Assembly (NCBI GenBank): GCA_964016885.1
Contig: OZ024742.1
Span: 186,558,001-186,622,000, forward strand
DNA length: 64,000 nt
Direction: 5' to 3'
From: Eledone cirrhosa
Lineage: Eukaryota
A program made the translations under genes and the position numbers. The notes under the pieces are model-generated. The model was not told the DNA's origin. It ran no database searches and saw only the letters and a program-made list of their open reading frames with translations. Below, in pieces: positions 27,685 to 40,142 of the stretch (position 1 is the stretch's first letter; each line of letters begins with the position of its first letter).

Positions 27685-27755
<71 letters not shown>

Positions 27756-27854
27756 ATGTATATATAATGTATTTTGCAATACACTTTATGCTTAATTAAA
27801 AGCATTTTGAAGACCGTAAGCTATTGTTTTAAAGTAGTGACAAATTCACTCACT

Positions 27855-27951
27855 TTGATCTCAGCAAACAGGGGAGATAAGCCGACATGACATGTTTCGC
27901 TTTGGTTGAAGCTTATCAAGGCCAACTACCCCACCTGTCTACTGAGATCAA
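27855..27951 (-). ncRNA. Hammerhead variant with UUGAUAA core and long stem I
   Basis: ...GGCC TTGATAA GCTT..AAGC GAAA CATG TC (ATGTC duplicated) GGCT..., enclosed by TTGATCTCAG/CTGAGATCAA. Confidence 0.6.
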
Positions 27952-28119
27952 TGATGTTATATTCTTATAGAAATCTAGTAAATAATCAGGAGCTGATTAT
28001 GCAGAGCGGTTGTTGGTCAGGCAGAAATTAAAATTCCCAACGTGATATGGCTGTGAACGTACATACATACAGAAACACACACACATGCATGGATACATAT
28101 ATACATACATACATACGGA

Positions 28120-28680
28120 AGTCTAAAGTCTGTCTGGAGTCCAGAAGTTCACCAGGATGGTGCTTATCCCTGTTTCTGTAGCGTTAAGCAACTGAGAGTA
28201 CAAGATTCCTCTTTGGACAGGATGCCAGTCTATCGCATGGTACTCATTTTCAGCTGAGTATACTGAAGTGAAATGAATTGTTTTGCTCAAGAACTCAACA
28301 CACAACCCAGTCTAGGAATCGAACCCATGACATTATGATCATAAGTCCAAAACTCTTACCACTAGGCCACATGCCTCACCGGAACAGCACACCCGTTAAA
28401 ATTACGTGCATGTGTTCGGTGAGCTCTTAACGTGATATAATGTGACACAGCCGGTCATTTGACTTACAGGTACAGTCCATCTTGTATTATCAAGGGCGGT
28501 GGATTGGTAGTATTGTAGAGGGTCGGAGGCCATGCTTTTCCGCATAGAGTTACGCCCCTTTGCAGTCTGAGTTCAAATCCCGCCGAGGTTAACTTTGCCT
28601 TTCATCCTCACGGGGTCGATAAAATAAAGCACCAGTAACATACTGGGATAATTGCTGGCCTTGTAAAAAGTAGAAACAGT
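28120..28680. mobile_element. SINE family B (minus, 28120-28380) and SINE family A (plus, 28494-28680)
   Basis: Family motifs and pol III boxes. Confidence 0.7.
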
Positions 28681-28884
28681 TATAGTATTATCATCATCAT
28701 AGAGTAAGTGGCTGAGTATTCCACAAGTACCCATAATGTAATCCTAAAGAGGATTCAGCTTGAAATAGAGTCTGACAAATCTGTCTCTTTGAAATACAGG
28801 TAGGACTCACCCGACGAACTTACAGGCAGTCTCCATCTAATTAATTTCACTCACCAGGTTTGGGTCGGCTGGAAGCTGTGAGAT

Positions 28885-29265
28885 ATGGGATTCCTCCGAA
28901 GAGTCTTTGGAGTAACGTTACTCAATAGAGTGCATAGCTTGGAGATCAGACTCACTCCAAGTAGAGCCACCACTTCTCCGAATTAAGAGATCACAGCTCC
29001 GGTACTATGGATATGTGGTTAGAATGTTTCAAGAAAGAATCGCTGGACAGATTTTACGGACAAAATCCACCGATAGGAGACCCAGGAGTAGGCCCCCCAA
29101 GCAAGATGGTTGGATAACATCCAGGAACTCGGCTGGTCTAGCTTGGGGATCCACCCGGATCATTTGGAGACGGTTGTTTCTGACAGGATTCACTGTAACG
29201 AGTGTTTAAGGACTCTGTCCACACAACCTCTCAGGAATAAGTGGATGAAGAAGAAGAAGAAGAAT
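28885..29265 (+). mobile_element. RTE-clade LINE 3' fragment with (GAA)n tail
   Basis: MGFLRRVFGVTLLNRV..YYGYVVRM..RRPRSRP. Homologous to 9307-9890. Confidence 0.75.
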
Positions 29266-30864
29266 TGGGATTGAACTCGGGACCTTATGAGTGCAAAGCG
29301 AACTTTATACCAATGTAGCCATGCTGCGTTCTCTGTGTATAGTTGCATGCTTTCAATATATCTACAGTCCTTTCATACATCGTGGTTTTTCTCTTCATAT
29401 TTTTTATTTCTTTAAAAAATATATTTTATGACATCAAATTATTTCGAACTTTTATTTAATTGTGTAATTTTTCAAAATACAACATTTATATTTTGTCTCT
29501 CCTCTCAGTTGTTACAACGAATGCCTCGTTGTAGTTATTTCTACACAGCCACCGCTATTGCCGCCGCCGCCTTGAATAACAAACAAGGCAAAAAACACAA
29601 AAAGCAAAAGCAAAACAAAACAAAAAAAAAACTCCAAAACAATAAAACTAGAATAAAATAATAAATAAAAAAATTAACGTTCCTCAAAAACAAATCTCTA
29701 TTGTCTGGAAAATGTTTTGAAATATATGTCTGTTATTATTTAAGGAAGATAATAACCAATCTAGTCTAGGTGACAAGAAGAAGAGAAAAACACGTTATTT
29801 CGATAGCAAAAAAGACAGCAAAAAACAAAAAAAAAAACATAAAATAAAACAAGAAGAGGAAATGAAAAACTATTGGGAATAAGACAAAACGGTGCTAATA
29901 TAATGGAAATTGATTTATTCCAATGATAACTAAATGTAGAATGAGTGATTATTTTATTTTTGAGATAAATAATAACACCAATAACAACAATATTAATAAT
30001 AATAATAAAACAGTTACTATCATACCACAGAAGAGTGTTTGTTAGATTTCTGCTTTTAAAGAAATTGTAATAATTACATAGATGATTTGAAGTGGAATTG
30101 CATAAAGTTGGATAAGATATGTAGTCTGCCAACGATGTTAGGTTTCTGGCCGTAATTAAGCCGTTGTATTACATTCTGTCTCATTATATTGGGCTGTAAA
30201 AGGAGATATAGTTGATTGATTATAAATCGATCGTCTACAGACGGCTGGAAACAAGTGGCATGCAGTTGACATCTTATTGGCAGAAAATAAAAGGACAATA
30301 ATTCATGAAATCATGTCGGTGGTACAGTCGACGACTAAAAGGGAATAATGACAACATTTACTATTAATATCAGACCTGTTAACTCTACCCGTCCTACGGA
30401 GAGATCTTCCACCCACTTTGGGCTGGGTGAGAGATGTCTTCTTTTGTGAAAATGGGTAATGATTTCATTATGTAAAATCTCCCAATGTTGCCTCATTTCT
30501 CCCCGTTTTGGGGCACCCTTTTTCATGGTACTCACCGTTTGGGCTTTTAGAGGTTGGCAGGTCTACAATATGGATACGCCTGATTTAGCACCACCTGCGG
30601 GCCTTTGAGTGCCTTCAGCGGATCCACTTCGTTGGAGGCATTCATAAAAGATCTTTGGTTTGATGATACCTGCTCCTCCGCTGTCACCAGTCTCAGCGAC
30701 ATCGGAAAGGGATATAACATCTGCCATTCCCTCGCTGACTAAACACAGAAGCACCGGTTCTCATCACGGCTGTTAAACAGCAGATGGGATATAGAAAGAG
30801 TATGGTTCCTGAAAATTGAGAAAAACCTATTATAGATAAATACATAATAAAATGAAAACGAAAA

Positions 30865-31205
30865 AATATTCAAGGTCAGCTTCATGGTATAAGCTGCAAC
30901 ACCTATTTTCCGCGCTAAAGGTCGCATTCCTTTGCCTGGGTGTTCCATCACTTTCTCCTGTAGTTGTTGGATAAATTCTGGTGCACAGAGACATCAGAAA
31001 GTCTGCTGTGTTCTTTCCTGCAGGCCACGGCCTCGTAGTCTCCGTTGCAGCCCTTCATTTGACGTCTCATTGCTTTCAAAGTGTTCAAAGAGCATTGAGC
31101 AACTGTTATAATTGCGGAATTTTGATACCCAGCACCAATGATCATGATGTAGGTTTTCCTTTTCCGACATTCAGGTGGATTCCACTTGTCCATTTCAGTT
31201 AACAT
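30865..31205 (-). pseudogene. Tc1/mariner (maT-like) transposase N-terminal HTH relic
   Basis: AQCSLNTLKAMR..YEAVACRKEHSRLSD, frameshifting to PEFIQQLQEKVMEHPGKGMRPLARKIGVAAYTM. Confidence 0.65.
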
Positions 31206-31331
31206 TCACACCCTTAAAACTGTAGTAATTAGCTTTCACAATGCCATTCACTTTTCACAGATATCTGAAAAAAAAAATCTGAAAAAAAAAAAAAAAAAAA
31301 ATTATATTCTATCAAATTTATCCCGAACATA

Positions 31332-31405
<74 letters not shown>

Positions 31406-31539
31406 TAAAATAACAGATTAATGTTTAAGCAAACAATCTGTTATTTTAATAAATATTTGCTCTACGGTTCTTATATATTTGATATATATTTATCCTTATC
31501 GAGCCCTCTTTGGATTTTAGTCTTCAAATTTATTATTAT

Positions 31540-31596
<57 letters not shown>

Positions 31597-31778
31597 ATAC
31601 AATAACAGAGATAGTTTAAAGCTAAACTCTGACTGGTAACCATCTCACTCAACAAACATTAGGTTATATTTAAATATAAACCCAATTTAAGTGTTTGGGG
31701 TGCTAACGATATGTATAATGTGGAAAAACCAGTTGTATTATTTTATGAGATATAATTAAAGTTAAAGTATATCTCTCT

Positions 31779-31903
31779 TTCCAAACAATTGTTTCATTAT
31801 AAGTTTTCTACAAGTTGGGAGAATATTTCCAGTTTATGTAGAAGCCTAATATATATTCATGTAAGAATATATTTAGGTGGGCACTTATAAATCATCAGTG
31901 GAA
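31779..31903 (-). ncRNA. Hammerhead ribozyme with extended stem II
   Basis: TTCCA CTGATGA T TTATAAGT ... ACTTATAA T GAAA CAATTG TT TGGAA. Confidence 0.8.
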
Positions 31904-32166
31904 GCCCATTAAACTTTGATATAAGAATGAAATTCTTACCGCAGTCAAAAATCGTGTCTGTTAAGTTGTCCCTTCTCGCATCGTATGACCGCCAAATTTG
32001 AAATTTCAGCAGTTTTTGACTGAGGAAGTATCATAGCGACACGAAGCGGGAAGGGGAGACAACTACGATCCACGAAAGGAGGAAAAAAATAATATACACG
32101 CGGGTTAATTAGTTTTTTTCGAAAACATTATCAATCCAACGTGTTAAGAACTCAATTGAAAATAAA

Positions 32167-32198
<32 letters not shown>

Positions 32199-32387
32199 AC
32201 AAGTATATCGTTGGGAAAATCAAGTTCTATCATTTAAAAAAGGAAAAAAAAAACATATTTATTCCCTTACACATGATTCAAAGGAGTTGAACTAAAAAGA
32301 CGTGGAAATTATATACTATCAGATATAATCCCTACTTTCATTCGAGTGTTGTTTGTATAGTTCTACCTTTATATATATATTTTTTTT

Positions 32388-32880
32388 AATGTATGTCTAG
32401 TATATTTGATAATATACTGTATGTATATTTAAAAACATTTTGAAGACCATTCGCTATGAGTTTTAAAGTCGTGACTATGTCACTTACTTTGTCTCGGCAA
32501 AAACTAAGGGGAGCAGCCGACAGCTGTTTCTCGTTTGTTAACGGTTATCAAGATTGCTTATCCCTTCGCTATAGCGAATGGTCTTCAAAACTGATACACA
32601 TTTCTAATTTTTGCTGGACCGGCAACTGCTCTGCTTAATCCGCTCTTAAACATCACTGGAATTCTATAGGAATCCAGCCTCTATAAATCTCGGCAGAAGC
32701 GAAGGGATAAGCAATCTTGATAACCGTTAACAAACGAGAAACAGCCGTCGGTTGCTTCCCTTTGTTTTTGCCGAGACAAAGTAAGTGACATAGTCACTAC
32801 TTTAAAACTCATAACGAATTGTCTTCAAAATGTTTTAAAATAAACATACAGTATATTATCAAATATACTACACATACATT
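32388..32880. repeat. About 183 bp inverted repeat with about 127 bp spacer; each arm carries a hammerhead variant
   Basis: 32388-32570 is the reverse complement of 32698-32880. Related to 27795-27950. Confidence 0.9.
32688..32776 (+). ncRNA. Hammerhead variant with UUGAUAA core and long stem I (mirror copy on minus strand at about 32506-32566)
   Basis: TCTCGGC..AAGCAATC TTGATAA C CGTT AACA AACG A GAAA CAGCCG TC GGTTGCTT..GCCGAGA. The mirror copy has the palindrome CAGCTG. Confidence 0.7.
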
Positions 32881-33434
32881 CATACATACATCGCTATTTC
32901 AGAGCACTGATATATATATATTTATTTATTTATTAAAATAAATATTATTATTATTATTATTACTATATATACATACATATATATATATACATTATATAGA
33001 AGGGAGACAGTTTTAAGTATACATCCTCTGTTTATCATATAATAAACAAAGAATGTATACTTAAAAACGTCTCTCTTCTTTATAACATTGACACTCCGCC
33101 TGATACCTTATTGATAATACTTTAAGGGATCCAGTCGTGGAATGTTTTGCGTCGGTCGATTAATTGATAAACCGACGTTTCTTTAATTATATATATATAT
33201 ATATTTTTTGGAACGATCGACTTTCGTCAAATCGGACCGAGGAAACAATGTTTCCGCAGGTCTTTCCAGTTGCTAGTATTATCTATCGGTCGCAACTCCA
33301 GGTAGAAGGAGCAACATGAAATAAAGTGTCTTGCTCAAGGACATAACGCATCGCCGGTCCAGGAATCGAACTCACACCCTCAAGATTGTGAATCCAATTC
33401 TCTAAGCACTCAGCCACGCGCCTTCACAACTCAC

Positions 33435-33470
<36 letters not shown>

Positions 33471-33496
33471 GTGTATGTATGTATGTATGTATGTAT

Positions 33497-34333
33497 GGGA
33501 GAGATGACCCCCTTAGCCTTTGTCAAGGCAGAATTCTAGGAGAAGGAAAACTCTGATATAACACCTGCAACCCTGATGGTATCCAATGATGTTGAATTGT
33601 TCTTCTTTTTGGTAATTATCATCTTGGTTAAGAGAGTGGGACTGGCTTTGTGCAGTGCCTTTGCTCACTATAAAAGCTTCACAGCACAGGCATTGCTTTA
33701 TATCTGGAGATCTCTCTGCACTTGTCGTCACATGGTACCATCGGCCCAGCACTATGTGTCAATGATTGTCACAAGTGTTGTGTTTGTACCAGAGTTTTCA
33801 AGTCGCTGGCTGGACTAAAAAGTCACATTCGTTCAGCGCATTGGTAGGGGTTCTCCTACATGGATATAAAGTAGTGGCCGTACTCGAAAACGAGTTGGCA
33901 GCCACCATGTATGTATGTATGTATGTATGGGTGAGATGACCCCTTAGCCTTTGTCAAGGCAGAATTCTAGGAGAAGGAAAACTCTGATATAACACCTGCA
34001 ACCCTGATGGTATCCAATGATGTTGACTTGTTCTTCTTTTTGGTAAATATCATCTTGGTTAAGAGAGTGGGACTGGCTTTGTGCAGTGCCTTTGCTCACT
34101 ATAAAAGCTTCACGGCACAGGCATTGCTTTATATCTGGAGATCTCTCTGCACTTGTCATCACATGGTACCATGGGCCCAGCACTATGTGTCAATAATTGT
34201 CACAGGTGTAGTGTTTGAACCAGAGTTTTCAAGTCGCTGGCTGGACTAAAAAGTCACACTCGTTCAGCGCATCGGTAGGGGTTCTCCTATATGGATATAA
34301 AGTAGTGGCCGTACTCGAAAACGAGTTGGCAGC

Positions 34334-34337
<4 letters not shown>
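33497..34337 (-). repeat. 431 bp tandem duplication with (CATA)n-bounded units, probably retroelement 3' ends
   Basis: 33497-33907 is highly similar to 33928-34337, and each unit follows a (TATG)n run. Confidence 0.8.
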
Positions 34338-34396
<59 letters not shown>

Positions 34397-34531
34397 TGTA
34401 TTTGTGCTCCAACATAGCGGTATACACATATATGTAGATATCGTGTATTGAACAACGTACGGGATGTTTATGAAAAACATTTAAGGGCCTTTCGTTATAA
34501 ATATTTTAAGGGTGCAACCAACGTCACACAT

Positions 34532-34628
34532 AACCTCAGCAAAAATAGGGAGAAGTAATCTACAACGCATTGTTTCTCGCTCGTTCGTATTTATCAAGAC
34601 TCCATGTCACCCCACTTCTGCTCAGGCT
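34532..34628 (-). ncRNA. Degenerate hammerhead variant with UUGAUAA core
   Basis: AGTC TTGATAA ... GAAA CAA TGCG TTG TA GATT, with extended flanking complementarity and a weak stem II. Confidence 0.5.
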
Positions 34629-36582
34629 AAAATAAACTATAACCTTATAGATGTTTTGCTTTTGTATATGAGCTGATGAAGCTAAATTCCATACGAAGTT
34701 GTAGCCGGCCAGGCATAAAATAAAAAAATATCATCTCATATACATAAGCAAAAAATGAATAAGAAGTTCTATATAATAAATTACACACACACAAACATGC
34801 ATACCCACGCATTTATACTTAAATGCACACATAAACATACTCATAAATACACACATTTATACATACATACACAGAAACATATATATTATTTTTTTTTTAC
34901 CGGTTTGAGTCATTAGACTGCAACCATGCTGTGGCATCACGATGCATATACAACTGGGAACAGTTGTAGAATGATGTCTTGACAACAGCACTCACTACCT
35001 GACTAAAATTTATCACACAGGATCCTTTGTCATTCTTCGTGGCCTCAGCACTTTCTCATTCTATATCACGCAGGTGACAAGGGGCCCAAAGTCAATATCC
35101 CTTTCTCTCCATGAGTTGAAAGAAGAAGTTTGAAAGTGGAATAGTGAAAGACTCGACCCCAATACTGGAAAGGTACGTCTTTTAACGATCTCAAAAGGAT
35201 AAAGAGCAACGTGGCCCTCGGTTGGATTTGAACTCAGAGAGCCTGAACGAATACCGCAAATCATTCTATCCGACGTTCTAACGATTCTGCCAATTCGTTG
35301 CCGAGACATATATACGCAGTTCTTTATCTTTCTCGTGCCTCTGTCACATGATCGGGTAGAATAGCGAGTTTTTTCTATCACACAGCCCTACCACACTGAC
35401 TTTCTCTCTAGTTTAAAAGTTCCTTGAAATAATTGAATACACGTATTAACATTTTTGAAATTATATCGTACAACAGACTGATTGTTATTCACCTCAATTT
35501 TACTGCTTAACTATTCATTGGAAATTGTTCGACACACCATTGAATTATTTTACATGTCCCTCCCTTATGTAATTATTTTCCCTTCTATCTCGTGTTTGAT
35601 CTATTGCTTATTGAAATATCGTTGCAAATGTCACATTAGTGCAGCGATTCAGTTTGGAAAACCTAACAATAAAACTGAAGCCAGATTATATACAGCAACA
35701 AGGGCGTATATTTCGTTGTTCATAGAATGGTCCGCCCTTCAAAGTACAACAATATTGATTTCAACACACGATTTCACATAAAAAATCTATTAAAACAAAT
35801 ACACAAAAAAGGAAACCCGGGAGAAGTCAGTTATGTGTAGTTACAGAGAATAAAAGCGAACACTACTCACGTAAGAACTAATTTTCTCTTTATGTGTTTG
35901 TGGGGCTTCATACACATACATATATACACACACACACACACACTCTCACACACACATACACACACACTCACACACACATACACAGAGACGCACACATACT
36001 TAAACACATACACATATTCACACACACACACACATACACACTTACATATACACTTACATACACATACACACTCACACACATGCACACGCGTACATACAAA
36101 CACATACACTCACACCCAAACACTCTCAAACACATACACGCATACACACTTACACGCACACACTCACACACACACTCACACACGCACCCCCTTACACACA
36201 TGTATGTGCATGCAGCATGGCCGAATGGTTAAGAGGTTAGCATTACAATCATAAGGTTAGGGGTTCGATCCCATTGCGTGCCATTACAGCCAAGTGTCAT
36301 CTACCAAAGGCACGTTACTTTAGATTATTCCTCAGATCGAACAATTGGAACACTCATCATTGAAATTGACGGAAGCCCATTGATGTATGGAATAGGCTCC
36401 GGTTTGATAAACCTCTCTAGCCTCGAGACAGACTTTAACTTTAACTTAGTTGGTCTAACATTACATCCTCTTTTTCTGAATAAGAGTTTATTCTCACAGG
36501 AGAGCTGAATTTGGGTTTCTGTGTTAATATCAACTTCTTATCATCTCAATCATGACTAGACAAATTATGCGAAATATCTTTT

Positions 36583-37050
36583 AAAATATTAAAGATGGTA
36601 AGGGAGTTAGATTGACAGTATCGGCAGAGCGCCGGAAAACATGCTTTGCGGCACATAGTTACGGCTTTTTACGTTCTGAGTTCAAATTCTGCCAATGTTA
36701 TCTTTGCCTTTCATCCATACTAGATCGATAAAATAAAGTACTAGTAATGCACTGGAGTCGACTTAATAGACTTTTCCCTTTCCCAAAATTGCAGGCCTTG
36801 TGCCTCAATCAGAAATCAATATATTAAAGATGGTAAGGGAGGTGGATTGGCAGAATCGTTTGAGCGTTGAACAAAATGCTTTGAAGCATTTAGTTACGGC
36901 CCTTTATGTTCTGAGTTCAAATCCTGCCGAGGTCAACTTTGCCTTTCATCCTCCAAAGGTCTATAGAATATAGCACCAGTCATGAATTGGGGTCTTTGTA
37001 ATCTATTTCCTTCTGCTCTTGTCTTGTGTCTAAATTAGAAATTGATGTGT
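36583..37050 (+). mobile_element. Two tandem family A SINEs
   Basis: Two units, each preceded by AATATTAAAGATGGTAAGGGAG-like sequence and each with B box GAGTTCAAAT. Confidence 0.75.
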
Positions 37051-37204
37051 TAAAGATTGTAGGATTTGATTTGAGTGAGATTTTGCTGTTATTTCTAGTA
37101 GATCGCGTGACCACATAAAGACTCCCATTGTGATATATGTTGTTCTGTTGTAATTTATTTCGTTGGGCACATCATGGGTGATGGTTTATAAGTTTGCTTT
37201 GCCA

Positions 37205-37460
37205 CAGGGTTTCGGTATTGACTCCATTGCGTGGCTTCATGGTGATGCGTCTTTACCATAGAAGCTGGTGGACTCCTGTCTTGTGGGTGAAATTGGCGTT
37301 GATTCCATTGCGTGGCATCATGGTGAGGTGTATTTACGATAGACTCATGTGGACTCTTGTTTTGGGGATGAAATTGGTATTGATTCCATTGCGTAGCATC
37401 TTCGTGAAGTGTCTTTACCATAGACTCAGGTGGACCTGTGTCTTGTGGATAAAATTAGGT
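37205..37460. repeat. 81 bp tandem repeat (x3)
   Basis: TTGA(C/T)TCCATTGCGT starts near 37218, 37299 and 37380. Confidence 0.85.
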
Positions 37461-38499
37461 TGACGGAAATTGTTTAAAACCCGTCGAATTGACTGCAGAT
37501 TATGTTTCTAGTTCAAATCCCGCCGAGGTCAACTTTGCCTTCCATCGATCGATATATAATTTACCAGTAAAATACTGTGATCAATTTAATCGACTTTCCT
37601 CCAAATACTGACCTTGACCTTGTGCTAATGCTAGAAACAATTATCATTGTGATCTTTTTTCTTTGTTGTTCTTGTTGTTATTTCTTTTATTGTTGTTATC
37701 CACATAACTGGTGCTATTGTTGTAATTTAAACTGAATATTAACTAAGGTGGAGGTAGATAAAAATGTTGAAATCATTAAAACACCTGTTAAAATTAACGT
37801 CCATTATCTAATTAATAACAAATGCAGCCTTAAAAACAAATACACCCCTCTCTTTGTGTTATTCACCTACCTTGTTTTTTATTTTTTTTTATTTTATCCC
37901 AGATTCTATTTGTATTACGACTCAGCCAATATAATTCAAACTAAACATTAACTACATTAACCTATGTCACAGTCTAAAATAATTTCAAATGTTATAAGTG
38001 CTGCCAATCCTTCTCATTGAAATATAACTCAGAGAAATAATGATTTATGCCCACTTTATAACAAAACCACACCTGTCAATGAAATTCGATTTTTGTGAAG
38101 ATGGCAATAGTAGTAGTATTGAGTTATTTTAGACAGGACAACGCAATTTATAACAAATTTGAAACTGTTAAGTGTTTCTTTTTTATACTTTTATGATAAT
38201 TGAATTTTACAACAAAGGTCTCAGAACAGTTTTAATTATTAATAATTAGTTACCAGCTCTCTGTATCGTAATAGTGGCTTTCAGAAGCCTGAGAATTTCT
38301 GTTTGGCAAACCGTTTGATAAACATTGCAGGTAGCAAATATCGAAGATATTGAGAGAATACCTTCCACTGCCAGTATAAATGAATTTAGAAAATTGCATT
38401 CTAGCCAATTTTTAATTGGAATGGCAGCGACTATTTCCATCAACAGTTACTTGTCAATATAGTTTTACTTCCTCAGGAAATAACTTCAGTGGAAAATAT

Positions 38500-39380
38500 T
38501 GGAGATGGCTAGATTCTACATTACAATGTTTCACATATATACAACACTTCCTCAGATGACTAGATTCTACATTACAGTGTCTCAAATATATACAACACTA
38601 AAGCAATCATGAACAGATGACTAGATTCTACACTACAAAGTCTCAAATATATACAACACTTCAACAGATGACTAGATTCTACATTACAGTGTCTCAAATA
38701 TATACAACACTAAAGCAATCATGAACAGATGACTGAATTCTACACTACAAAGTCTCAAATATATACAACACTTCAACAGATTACTAGATTCTACATTACA
38801 GTGTCTCAAATATATACAACACTAAAGCAATCATGAACAGATGACTGAATTCTACACTACAGAGTCTCAAATATATACAACACTTCAACAGATGGCTAGA
38901 TTCTATATTACAGTGTCTCACATATATACAATACCTCAACAGAGGACTAGATTCACATTACAGTATCAAAAATATATACAACACTAAAGCAATCATGAAC
39001 AGATGACCAGATTCTACATTAGAGAGTTTCAAATATATACAATATTTCAACAGATGGCTAGATTCTACATTACAGAGTCTCTAATATATACAACACTAAA
39101 GCAATCATGAACAGATGACTAGATTCTACATTACAGTATCTCAAATATATACAACACTTCAACAGATGACTACATTCTATATTACAGAGTCTCAAATATA
39201 TACTGCACTTCAACAGATGGCTAGATTCTATATTACAGAGTCTCAAATATATACAACACTTCAACAGATGACTAGATTCTATATTACAGAGTCTCAAATA
39301 CTCAAATATATACAACACTAAAGTAATTTTGAACAGATGGCTAGATTCTACATTACGGTGTCTCAAATATATACAACAAC
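38500..39380. repeat. Minisatellite of mixed 51 and 61 bp units
   Basis: CAGATGACTAGATTCTACATTACAG..TCTCAAATATATACAACACT followed by either TCAA or AAAGCAATCATGAA. Confidence 0.92.
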
Positions 39381-40142
39381 ACCGAACTAATTTTCAAGTG
39401 ATGGCTATATTCTTTAAATCCATTTCTAAAAATCTTCGTCTGGAGGGAAGGAAAGGCAATACTTGTGGCCCTTTTCAAGGACTCCGATTTAGATGGGAGG
39501 GTGTGACGAAATTATCTTCATTTCGGAAACCTGGTCTGAATGCCTACAATAGAGTGGTTTTCGCTGAAAGCCCCCAAGAACGAAGTGGTGGTGTTAGACG
39601 GGTGAACTGAGTCAACCATCAAGTGAGCCATGGTGAGATTTGAACTCAGAAAACAAAACAAGTCAGAACCCTGGACTTTATGGTTGAAAAGCGAAATTCT
39701 TTACCCCTCAACCACCGCTCAACAGAATTTAATTGTTACTTTCCTTATTTAGTGTCCGAACACTGTCGACTGCAACACAGAGGAGCGGAAGTTAACCAAA
39801 TACTTGGGCTTGACCGATCGGTTATTTTTTGACCGTCGAGATTTCCGTAGACTTCGGTCCTTTGAATGCCATTTTCTTTCTCAAAATCGGGAGGAGTGCA
39901 TCCCGCCTAAATTAGGATTGCTGATGTTGCGGGTATCATTGGATGTTACTCGAAGCAATGTTTTTGCCATTTTGTCCTTAGGACGCAGCTGACACACATC
40001 ACCCCAGCCAAAAGTGTAGAGTTTACCCCTTCAGTTTCATTTTTCCCATATACTCTCCCTTTTTTCTTATTTTCCTTTTCATATATATTAATTTAATCAT
40101 TGTTGGAGTGAATGTAATAGAGAATAGTTGTATTATACAGTA

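Larger units (their letters stand above)
27241..27691. mobile_element. Solo fold-back copy of the Penelope 3' end (pLTR fragment) between (TA)n tracts
   Basis: 27241-27480 is nearly identical to 243-484. Arms 27283-27481 and 27493-27691 are inverted repeats. Confidence 0.92.

Noticed and set aside
31205-31300. Strong minus-strand polypyrimidine/CAG acceptors suggesting a host exon
   Set aside because: All three frames stop soon after the acceptor, and the downstream coding signal is a transposase relic.
38246-38500. Minus-strand stretch weakly resembling a vertnin/OTU-like protein (VTVDGNS)
   Set aside because: It has multiple stops and only a vague motif, which cannot be supported without a profile search.
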